Source: Balanoglossus misakiensis
Taxonomy: Eukaryota; Animalia; Hemichordata
Assembly: GCA_040954595.2 (NCBI GenBank)
Contig: CM082586.2
Coordinates: 6,725,237 to 6,789,236 of the forward strand
Direction of reading: 5' to 3'
DNA: 64,000 nt
Shown here: positions 18,101-28,470 of the stretch, one piece after another
Numbering within the stretch: the first letter of the stretch is position 1
Layout: each line of letters begins with the position of its first letter
Translations under genes and position numbers: made by a program
The notes under the pieces: model-generated
What the model saw: only the letters and a program-made list of their open reading frames with translations
The model's database searches: none
Told to the model about the DNA's origin: nothing

Positions 18101-21100
18101 CTTCTGATACTGTTACTCACAACAGTAGATTTTAACAATTACGTCTATCAAGATGAGCTACTGAGGTTGCAAGAAATGAAGCTTTACAGCCAGGAACGCG
18201 GACCCACACCGACAGCTCTGGAATTTCTGCTGATCATATGGGTTGCCGGTAGGTGCCATTCTCGCCGACGTCCACAGCTTCTGCCATCTCGGCTCCACTA
18301 TGCCACGCGAGATAATAAAAGCTCCAATGCAAAAAAAATCCATTTGAATAAGCCAATCGCGAATCTTTTCACAAATTGTCTTCAGTACGGCAAACCAATT
18401 TGACAGTGTTTATGAGTCGCCCTTTCCGATTGGATCCGCTGTATTTTCGCGCGTCGTCAGTCTGTCTGAGCGCGCCTTTAATATTCTACTGCAACTGGGG
18501 GTATTTTTTCATAATTCTTGGTTACACACGCTCAGATAACTCCCAAAATTGTCTTTCTAGGATTGATTTGGGTGGACATAAAGGAATTATGGGTCCGTGG
18601 ACTTATTGGATATCTCAACGACTCATGGAATTATTTTGACATAGCACAGGTTGCTTTGTACTTGAGTTGGATGGGGCTCCAGATATACGCATTCATTTTG
18701 GTAAGTATTTTGGCTGGGCAAAGAATTTCGTTTCTGAATAATGCATTTTCAGAGAATTTTGAGCTTCCTGTGAGGGGCATTCGTATGGGGTGTATGTAAT
18801 GAAGTATGAGAAGATAGGGTTTCAGTATTTAACTGTACAAAAGCGTTTTCGATTTGTGGTTGTGCATGCGTGATTTCATGGCTGGATACAGGCCTAGTTT
18901 TCGCGTCATCTTGGAAGGGCACCCTCTTTATGAATATGGCTGAGGAGTCTTCATTAGGTCATTACCTCTTTCGAAATACTAGTAAGCCCTCGACCATGAA
19001 GTCAAACCGATGTATGAACACCTTTTCTGCACACGACAGGTTAACGACGAACGAGACAGCCATGGACAGTCGTTGAAGACGGACAGTCCGAACACAGCAA
19101 CACCCGCGGCGGCTGCAGTGGATAGTGTAACGGAAGCTGCCGTTCAGAGCGTCACTGATCTGGTGCACACCGTCTTCGAAACAATCTCTCCAACGGCCAA
19201 CTCGCTGAGTGACGTCACCGCCGCGCAGAGGTCTTCTCAGTCCATAACGAGCAACGCGACACTGGAACACATCGCCAGCACGCTGGACAGCCTTCTTCAG
19301 ATGGTTTCTGAACGTCTTCCGGGCGGCGAGAGCGGCGGGCAATTCGATGCGAGCAGCCTCAACTTGAGCGGATTCGACGACTTTTCCTATTCTATTCCGC
19401 GTGAAGATTGGAGCGCCCAAGATCCGACGCTTCTCACAAACCTCATCCTGGCAGTGGCCAACGTCATAAGCATCATCAAATTCCTCCGGCTCGTGGTGGT
19501 CAACGATTATGTCGGCCCCCTTCAAATCAGCTTCACTAAAATGATCGGAGACATAGTCCAGTTCATGTGCATATTTGTGGTGATTTGGCTGGCGTTTGCC
19601 CTGGGCATGACGCAAATCTATCGCAGTGACGCACCCGCGTGGAAACTCACATGCTTGGAAGAAGGGGGTACACATGATGAATGTGACAACCAGCCATTTG
19701 GAAAGTAAGTAAGATGTGCTCGTTTTTTCATTAGTCAGCACAGATGCTGATATCAGTTACCATACCACACCACACCACACCACACCACACCATACCATAC
19801 CACACCATACCATACCATACCATACCATACCATACCATACCATACCATACCATACCATACCATACCATACCACACCACACCACACCACACCACACCACAC
19901 CACACCACACCACACCACACCACACCACACCACACTCTACCATACCATATTGACGTGGAAACGTCTGATTTTACAGCATGGCGTCGTCTTTGGACACGTT
20001 GTTCTGGGCGCTAGTTGGAATGGGAGATCTTGGATCACTGGAGGATGCTCAACACCAGTCGACCCTACTTGTTGGGCGTATACTGTACGGTGGCTACAAC
20101 ATCACCGCAGTTGTCATCCTGTTGAATCTCCTCATCGCCCTGATGGGTACCACCTACACAAATGTATCGGTACGTACGTCCAGCAGTTAGGCCCTACACT
20201 TGAGGAATCAAAAGTTCACGGCGTTTTTTTTCTCGAACGTAGCGAGCAGAAAAGATGGCGTGTGTGGTGTTAGGTGCCGCCTTTCGTTGTCAACTTGGTC
20301 CTGGACAGCACTGAAAACACATGCAATTACTTTGTTTGTAAACCTAGTACAACAGCTTCGATCTTGGAGATAATTTTCCAATAGGCCATTTTCATGACCC
20401 TTACATGACCTAACATCATCGTACTTCCGTTGGTATGAATGCATCAGGTGACTAGAACCTCCACAAAATCTCCATATTTTCAGCTGTAATCAATGAATTC
20501 TATATTACAAGGATTCTGTATTTCAAGGATTTGTTACATGTTCCTTGCCCCAAATGATGAATTTTGACGACCCCTTATCACCGGAAGTACGAGGATGTAA
20601 GGGTCATGAAAGGGTCATGGAAGCGCCCCATTGATGTGCTGATTGCCGAAACGTCCCATAGAACGCACCTCTAATTTGCAGGAACAATCGGACACGGAAT
20701 GGAAGTACAGTCGAAGCGAATTGTGGATCGATTACTTCCGGAGAGGTTCAACTCTGGCGCCGCCTTTCAATATCGTGCCAACCCCCAAGTCTGTCGTTCG
20801 CTTTGTGCAGTGGATTATAAACAACGTGTGCTGCCGTTTGTGTGGCCAGAAAGTCAAGTGTATGGTGAGCTGCTCGTTTACATCTCAATCCCTCTAGTGT
20901 TTATCTGCTCCCCTGTAGAGTTCGGACACGAATTACCTTCTCTGCTGAAGGTAGTCAGTGAGGAGCACGTTAATGACTGGGTGAAAACAAAACACAAAGG
21001 AAAACAGGTGCAACTCACAATCTTGATTTCATAATGATCACTACTTTAAATATTCAGAGACTGGCGGCCATTTTGAATTTCAAATTTGAGAAAATGTTGC

Positions 21101-23002
21101 TCTCTCTTAGCCAACTGTCTTATGTTATGCAGGGTGCTCTAGTAGAGGACGATTAAACACAATGTGCTTTTCTTCGTTTCAGAAACCACGCAAACAAAAA
21201 GACAGTGGCGAAAGCTATAAGGTAGGCTTACAACCGTTCTAGCAATTCCCTTGTATAGCATTTAATAATCATTGAGTTCGCATAGTTCTTCGTTTACCTT
21301 GGATGACTATACACTCACCGACTCACTCGCTGAGTCACTCGCTGAGTCACTCACTCACTCACTCAACCATCCACCCACTCACAGTACCTGGATTGATTAA
21401 TCGATCGATCGATCGACCAGTGAATGAATGAATGAATGAATGAAAGATCGAACGAATGAATGAATGAATGAATGAATGGATGGATGGATGGATGGATGGA
21501 TGGATGGATGGATCAATCAATCAATCAATCAATCAATCAATGCTGATTATATTGATTGAAGGACTTTGATTTTCCTCCCAGCGTTTTGTCAGAACTGAAA
21601 TATTTTTTTCCTCAACATGCAGGAAGTTTGCAAGCAGTTAGTGATGCGATATTTTTCGGAGCAGGCAAGCATAGCACGTGACTCTGGCGAAGGGGGCGCT
21701 GTGAAGGAAGATTTGATAGCAATTAAGCAAGACCTGTCTTCTCTCAGGTGAGGACAAAAAGTAGAAAGTATCTTGTAATGTCTTAGGCCTACATGCTTTT
21801 GTTTACTAGTCATAATAGTAACAGCACTGCATTTTTACAATTGAAATTTTGCAACAAGGTCACACACGGACACACAAACCAACAAATATTTCAAATGTAC
21901 ACGAAACTCCTTCCGTTGCAAAATGTTACGCACAAGTATAATCTACTTGACACACGGAAATCACGGTTCTAGGGCGATCTTCGCGTGGGTGTTTGAGGGT
22001 GTCGGAAAAAAAAAACTACCTCGTAAAAGGCGTGTGACAATCTTTGCTTCCAGATATGAAATACATGGCATCAAGCAGCGAATTCAAAAAGCGGTCACTG
22101 ATTTCGGCGCCAGAAGCGACTCTATTTTTGAAGGTGTGACAGAAGCGAGATCAGATATCGACCGAAGTAGAGTGGAGCACGGCGAGGCGCTCACAGAGAG
22201 CAAGAATGAGATAATGGGCGCCACTGAACAAGCGCACAATTTAATGCATCTGCTGGGCGAAGATTTAGCCCGTTTACAACTCGAACAACGAGAGCAAGAA
22301 GGCAGAGAGAAGGACAGGTTAGTTGGTTGGTTCGGGGACCTGCAGTCGGACGTGAGAGCTGGCAAAGACGAGGGGACTCTTGCCATCGACGTGTTGCGAG
22401 ACACGCTGGAGAGACGATCGATGAGACGCCGCGAACAGCAGGAGACGCTGGCCGACACGATTGCAGCCATGGTGCAAAAGATCGAAGAACAAGAACGCAA
22501 CTCCCAGGCGATGGCGTGCAGCGTCCAGGAGCTCTCTCAAGCTGTTGGGCAGCTGGCTTCAAAAAAGAGATCAAAACCGCTGATGGCTGCCTTTGATGAG
22601 CTGCGGGCTTCTCCAGACAGATCGGAACCAGCGACCGGGGAACCACTGGCTTCTCCGGACAAATCAGAACCGGAAGCGGAAGCCGGGGGTCTGCTGCAGA
22701 CCATTAAATCCAAAGTGGTAGATATTGTACAAAAAACCGAATCCAAGACGGGGAAAGCTGACGCTGTTGGGCGCCCTTCTCCAGACGGACCAGAACCGGT
22801 GACTGCCGTTGGGCTGCAAGATTCTCCAGACAGATCTGAATCGTCAGCCTCGACTCCGGGTCTACAGATTACTGTCAAGTCCAAAGTCAGAGATGTCGAT
22901 CAAGAAACCAAGTCCAGAGTAAGAAAGGCCGTAAATGAGATTGAAGTCAAAGGCGACAGTAAGAAAAAAGACCCAAAGAAAAGTTCACTGGTTTCATTTT
23001 AG
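15197..23002 (+). CDS. Transient receptor potential canonical (TRPC)-family cation channel, ~1152 aa
   Basis: Exons 15197-15353, 15561-15670, 15973-16080, 16247-16426, 16979-17209, 17502-17689, 18058-18248, 18561-18700, 19040-19704, 19977-20169, 20682-20864, 21183-21221, 21623-21747, 22054-23002; all GT-AG and phase-consistent. Motifs: ankyrin repeats (GRTALDLAIEN, GDALL, DITPIILAAH), LNIYKALAS, FVAHPYCQQ, GPLQIS, pore LFWAL, LLNLLIA, TRP box EWKYSR, LAPPFNIVPTPKS, IKQDLSSLRYE. Confidence 0.95.
15701..15841. mobile_element. Short MITE-like element in TRPC intron 2
   Basis: TTCATAAGTCTAGCGCCCTCA ... TGAGGGCGCTAGACTCATGAA inverted termini; same family as 844-971. Confidence 0.65.
17330..17415. 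repeat. Compound tetranucleotide microsatellite (AAGC/AACC/CATC)
   Basis: Direct reading; lies in a TRPC intron. Confidence 0.85.
19761..19945. repeat. Compound pentanucleotide microsatellite (CACAC)n/(CATAC)n
   Basis: Direct reading; fills most of the intron between TRPC exons 9 and 10. Confidence 0.95.
20380..20632. mobile_element. MITE-like element with ~50-bp imperfect TIRs
   Basis: AATAGGCCATTTTCATGACCCTTACATGACC...CGTACTTCCG is mirrored by CGGAAGTACG...GGTCATGAAAGGGTCATGGAAGCGCCCCATT. Confidence 0.6.
21320..21545. repeat. Compound tetranucleotide microsatellite (ACTC, GATC, GAAT, GGAT, CAAT)
   Basis: Direct reading; lies in a TRPC intron. Confidence 0.9.
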
Positions 23003-24603
23003 CCTGCCAGTTGCACAAACACAAATTTGGCTTCCAGACAGGCATGTGTGTTTGAAAGAGGTCGTCGACTCACTTATCGAATTCATATAATTCAGAAATT
23101 TATTAATGGTGTACGAGTTTCATACAATAACGCTTTTAGAATCATTTGGGTATCAGGCACGGATTGATTTTTTTAAACGTTTGTTGGCAATTTCCGTTAT
23201 GAAATTTCACTGTAAGCAACACATTGCTCGTTCCTCTGTTGTATCTTAAATTGGTGCAACGGGGAAATTACTCGATTACAACAATTTCCTCTTGGGATGT
23301 GACTCAACACAGCATAGTTTGGCGCAAGACATTTTCAGATTGTTTTAGACCAGTTTTGCTTTCTGTTTTTTTCTCATTTCTTTTATTATATTATCACGAG
23401 CACGTTCTCGAAATAAAGGTTGTAAAGGAGGAGGGGTCACCATGTTTGCATACGGTATATGTGTCTTAAGAGGTTGGTTGGCCAATAGCAGTCGTTTTCA
23501 CGACCACCAACATGTCACCCGTTTTCACTCAAAAACAAAACAAAACTGAATGTGTATGTATCGTAATTTTATAATGACATATGTTTATTATTAGTGATTT
23601 TATTTTCATATACTTTTCACTGTAATCCGAACAAAGAGTAATTCTGCTGAATTTGACGTTGGCGACTTCGAAATAAAGGGTAAAAAAACGTGGGAATACT
23701 TTGTATACAGGTCAATGTTTTCTTTGTGCAATATATTTACGTATCCAGAGCATTTAAACTGGATACATTTGTTGCTATGACAAATGTTTCGGATTTCGAA
23801 AGGTGTACCACGATCCGAACGGGCATATACGCATATGTATATCATACTATCGTATCGTGTCGGAACTGGTTTCTTTCTTGTTTTGTACTCGTTGCATTTG
23901 GGCCGATGACCTTGAAACCCCCCCCCCCCCAAAAAAAAAAAAAAATCAAACTGGTAGATGCTTTTTTAACAATTATGTCAACTTCTTGTTGGCATCATGA
24001 TAGAAAGCAGACCGTCCCGTCCTTAACGTGTAGAAAAATATAATAGCAGAATCGATCTTCGCTAGTAGCTGTTCAGATTTCGAATCAAAACATTAACTGC
24101 CGAGTCGAAGGTTTGTTGCATCCTAAAATTATATTTTCATCCATTTCTTGTGTCCTATGGGTTCATACCAGTTAAGTTTCTAAGGGTGGTGTGTGTACTT
24201 ATCGTAACAATACATTGATCGCATATTTGGTAAGTTTTTCGACGACGCTCAGAAGAGATGTGATGACCACGTGCAAGTGGGCAAGGACACAGCACAGTTT
24301 GCACGTGTGATTACAATTTATGGTCCTTCTCCCGACATTGCGAATGCCAACTGCGTCGAAGGATGGACAACATAGCTGTCCGTGGTTCGAGAAGGCCGTA
24401 GTTTGGATTGGGTGACCTTCAAAGGCGCTGACAGCATTGATTGGAGCTCGAGCAGCGAGCGGCCTTGGGAAAGGACGCATATATACTTCTCAATGACCAC
24501 TCGGGAACCGCGTAGTTCGCTCCAATAAACTGGGAGATGTTATACTGAAGCGGGAGGTGGCCCCCCTGAGCCGTTACAGAGTGTGAGCCCTTTGCAATCA
24601 AGC

Positions 24604-25233
24604 ATGGCGAAGACAACCATATGCGAGATCTTCAAACTCAGAACCCACAAGTGGAGTCCGCGTGTCGATGGTACTGAAGGCTGCTCGACACTGACTCTGG
24701 GGAAAAACTACATCACCAAAGGTTATTCTCTCTCGGAGGAAGGCAGACGAATGGCACCGGATCTGTGGGTTTACGCCGGTGGCATCTGTTTTAAGGTTCA
24801 CAGTGCTCTGCTCTGCGAATACAGCGAATATTTCAGATCGCTGTTTTCTTTTGAAGGCTACAACGACGATAGCCAAATCAAGGAACTTGAATTCTCCGGC
24901 CGCACGCCGACTTCAAGCGCGTTCGCCGCAGTTTTGGACTTCGTCTACAAGAAGGAGTTCAGCTGCCGCGACGCTGGGACGCTGGAGTTCCTGATGGCCT
25001 TGGACTTCCTGCAAACCAATGAAATGTTCACCGATGCCCTGTGTGCCAAAATCGACGAGGAAAACTGGGGAGCCATGCTGGAGATCGCAGTGTGCCTTGA
25101 ATGTGAGCGACTTGAAAAGGCCGTCTACAAGTGCGTGGAAAGTCGTTACAGTCACGTGTGCAGAACCAAAACATTCAAGAAATTGCAGCGTAAACATCAA
25201 AGACTTCGAGACATATCTCGTCGCATAAAGTGA
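24604..25233 (+). CDS. Short BTB/POZ (+ partial BACK) domain protein, no introns seen
   Basis: PDLWVYAGGICFKVHSALLCEYSEYFRSLF...FAAVLDFVY...LMALDFLQ is a BTB signature, followed by BACK-like EENWGAMLEIAVCLECERL. First ATG is at 24604; an upstream exon cannot be excluded. Confidence 0.75.
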   Translation: MAKTTICEIFKLRTHKWSPRVDGTEGCSTLTLGKNYITKGYSLSEEGRRMAPDLWVYAGGICFKVHSALLCEYSEYFRSLFSFEGYNDDSQIKELEFSGRTPTSSAFAAVLDFVYKKEFSCRDAGTLEFLMALDFLQTNEMFTDALCAKIDEENWGAMLEIAVCLECERLEKAVYKCVESRYSHVCRTKTFKKLQRKHQRLRDISRRIK

Positions 25234-26652
25234 CATTGAAGACACATATAACGTTTTGTAGCTGTAGAGTATACCAAGAAGTCCCCCCATGAGAAAGCGT
25301 TTTAAGAAGCAAACACTAACATCAATAACGCGACCAGCATTGATTTATATACAGGTAGGCCGGGCGTGGCAAGACCATCATACATGTAACAGTGTGGACA
25401 TAAACTTGATACTGTGCTGTCTTGTGTTTTAAGCTTTGAACACTGGTATGTTCACCACCTGCACCAAACCAGTGGGAATCTACTTCAGTCGAACGTCGAT
25501 TATCCGAACACTGATTATCCGGATTTCCGAACGCTTTTGGTACCGGCGGATTTTGTATCACAATTCGTCAAGAAAATGCTGAATCAAAGGCATGCTGTCT
25601 GCATCGTAAGCACGTACCATTGTCTGAACGACTGTTTGTGGATCGATGCACTGGCGAACTACATTTTTCTTGAGTCAGGTTTCAGACCGTGGCCTTTAGC
25701 TTTGCTGCAGTTAGAAGATTCGCGTGAAACTGTGTGACCCCTGACCCCGTAATCAGCTGTAATCTATCGAACTGAGCGAAGGCACGATTTCTATCTAATA
25801 GGGAAGGTCATCGAAAACAATGCAAGGTCCGTTCTACAGCCAAACAATTGACCATTCTAACAAAGAAATCAATAATTGTTTTGTTTTGTCTTGTTTGGTC
25901 ACAAAAAAAACAAGTACCCATACGACCATGCTGACGGCAAAATCATGTTTGGTCAGTTCTCGTACCAGGAGATCGTCATTGTGTGTTAATTGTTCACGTT
26001 TCCGTCGAATTCATTTACACCAACATGCATTTACATGTGTGACAATCAATGTTGATTATGTATGTCCTTGAGATTTTTCGCTGTTTCAACGCGGTGATAT
26101 TTGTTCATGTTAAGTGACCACACTATTCACATTATTGGATTGAACATGATGTGAACTTTACTTTGTTAAGTGAAGATGAATAAAAACTACAAATCATAGT
26201 TCCCATGTAAAAACAAACTAACAAATAAATAAATAAATAAATACAAATGAGCGAATGTTCAACAGACATTCTCTGTTTACTAAAACGACACATTCATTCA
26301 CTTTTGTTATCCAGTGCGGTGAGAGGGGGCGTACTGCATTTTCATTGGGTGTGAATGTCGTCGCCACCATGGCGAAAACTCAACTCAACCTCAGGACGTC
26401 ACTTGTCCTTGCCCTTGTCCTTTCTCGTTTAAGAAACCTCATTTTTATTACATGCATATTTACATTGCCTCCCCAACGATTTCTAAATGACCATGCTACA
26501 ATATGTAATGAATATGTATATTTAATTAACGATGTGACCTCAACCGACCAGAAAGTATTGCATCGAAACTAGCCAAAACAATTTATGGCCATCCTTGCCG
26601 GCTAAGACATTTCCTATCATGGAACTGTATAGGTCTAAGTCATATCTAAGGT

Positions 26653-28470
26653 TCACACGTCTGCGTTGCGACCACGCAGGCGTCGCCTTACCCTGCAAGG
26701 TACACACAGTAAATCGTATATGACTTTGGTGGCTCGTCTGAAATCGCTGATTTTCAAGGGTCTGTGTTCCGCGCAATGGACGTAACACGCCAAACAAGGG
26801 AAGCAACAGAACAGAAGCGGGTAAACCAGGCAGAAGCACGGATTCCCAGCATCCATTGCGTCGTGCTCCTCTTCCGTTGCAAACTCCACCGCGATCTCGT
26901 CTGTCTGCGCGCATGTGGTTATCTGCACGTCGCTCAGACTTTTGCCTCGTTTAGAAAACATCACCGGAACTTCTAACTTGGCGATTTTCACCACGTGCCA
27001 GGGTTTCGTGATGATTGGGGGTAGCTTCAGCGCGCCTGCGTCGTTTTCGCCCATGTCAAAATAGCGGAGCCGACACGTCAGGGAGTCGAAGGCGTATACG
27101 ACGTCTCCTATCGCCGTCACCAGACCACGTGTGGCCACGGTCGGAAAGTCGTGACACTGCCAAGCCGTTGTCAGCTTGCCGTCGTTATATGTAGACACCG
27201 TTGCCTCGTCTTCTACTACAACCAAAACTTTGAGATCAACGCCCGTGAGAAACTGAATCATCGGTTTCATTGACATGGGACTTGACGCGTGCGCTTCGCG
27301 AGAAATTCTTATTCCGTCCTCGGAACTGGACATAGCCAGTTCGACAAGGATGCCTCGGAAAACGCGCCCATTTCCACCGTGTTTCGCAGTCTCCTGCTGA
27401 ACCAACACGTACAGGAATTCGTTGAAAGCGCATGCGTCTACGACACTGTTCTTAACATCGCCAAGCTCTTGACTATATGTGATGCTTTCTTTGGAGAAAT
27501 TCACAGAATAATTCTTATCGCTGCTGATGTTATTGCTGGCATTGAGCTCAACCACTGTGACCGATAATCGACCTTTTACAATACGAGAGCCGACCCGGTA
27601 GAATCTAGACCCGTCCGATGTCGTGATAGCGTGTGCTGGTGAGGGCGCCTCCGCATTTGAAGTGAAAGTCGCCAAGGAATTGGTTTTTGTGCTAAATGAC
27701 GTCACCCTGACCGATTCCTTCGTGCATAGTTCGGAATAACACATAATATGGCCGTGAGAGGAACTTCCGGTGAAAACCGAGTCATTGCTGACGCGTTCGT
27801 GTTCAGATAGACATATATTTCTGAGGAAAAGCCAGTCTTGGCGTTCGTCGTCATAGCAACACGCGACGTTTCCCCAGTCCCCCTCTCCGTCCGCTGTTCT
27901 GTGAAGCAAGATGGCCGCCACGGCTGTCCGCATGTACTTCCCGCTTGCCGCGACTTTGTCGTTAACCGCGAGTTTCTCCTCGTCCGTCAGAGTCTGATAT
28001 TCACCCGAGGTTTCTATCAGGTGGAAATGATCCGCGGCGAACTGTCTGGCGCTGTCCAAAATCCCCCTTACGCCACATTCCCTACTCGCCTCAAGAAATG
28101 TGAACCAATTTTCCAGATCGAGTTTGTCCGCCATGGCACTTTCAAATCTCTGGTGGTGGAGTTGAAGTACTTTTGCAGCTTCGAGGATATCTTTCACAGA
28201 CGAACCAGCAAGAGAAAGATTTCCCTTGTATAAGAGGGTTAGGATCGTCTCCATGGCCGTGGATGTTGGCGGAGATTCCGGGAAATCCACGACGAAGGGC
28301 CGAACTCCTTTATCGTTGTCTTTCGTCGCGGGCGAAAACCGCGTCTTGAAATATCCACAGTTCTCGGATAACACCTCCGAGTGGACAGCGAACGTTTTGG
28401 CGCCGACGGTGATCTCGACATCATGGGTGTCCCTTGTATATTTATCGTTTTCAATCGGAACGGCCTCCAT
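26653..28470 (-). CDS. Intronless 605-aa BTB/BACK protein with beta-rich (degenerate kelch-like) region and Cys-rich hydrophobic C-terminus
   Basis: Long ORF. DVEITVGAKTFAVHSEVLSENCGYFK...ILTLLYKG...ILEAAKVLQL (BTB); LENWFTFLEASRECG...F (BACK); CYDDERQDW and GDVVYAFD are kelch-like; tail CFCLVYPLLFCCFPCLACYVHC. Confidence 0.85.
   Translation of the reverse strand: MEAVPIENDKYTRDTHDVEITVGAKTFAVHSEVLSENCGYFKTRFSPATKDNDKGVRPFVVDFPESPPTSTAMETILTLLYKGNLSLAGSSVKDILEAAKVLQLHHQRFESAMADKLDLENWFTFLEASRECGVRGILDSARQFAADHFHLIETSGEYQTLTDEEKLAVNDKVAASGKYMRTAVAAILLHRTADGEGDWGNVACCYDDERQDWLFLRNICLSEHERVSNDSVFTGSSSHGHIMCYSELCTKESVRVTSFSTKTNSLATFTSNAEAPSPAHAITTSDGSRFYRVGSRIVKGRLSVTVVELNASNNISSDKNYSVNFSKESITYSQELGDVKNSVVDACAFNEFLYVLVQQETAKHGGNGRVFRGILVELAMSSSEDGIRISREAHASSPMSMKPMIQFLTGVDLKVLVVVEDEATVSTYNDGKLTTAWQCHDFPTVATRGLVTAIGDVVYAFDSLTCRLRYFDMGENDAGALKLPPIITKPWHVVKIAKLEVPVMFSKRGKSLSDVQITTCAQTDEIAVEFATEEEHDAMDAGNPCFCLVYPLLFCCFPCLACYVHCAEHRPLKISDFRRATKVIYDLLCVPCRVRRRLRGRNADV

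Noticed and set aside
18962-19741. 259-aa minus-strand ORF
   Set aside because: Antisense shadow of TRPC exon 9 with no recognisable motifs.
19716-19953. His/Thr/Pro- and Val/Trp/Gly-repeat ORFs
   Set aside because: These are translations of an intronic pentanucleotide microsatellite.
25486-25535. CAGTCGAAC...GATTATCCG, resembling a Tc1/pogo-type TIR
   Set aside because: No matching second TIR was found; too short to call.
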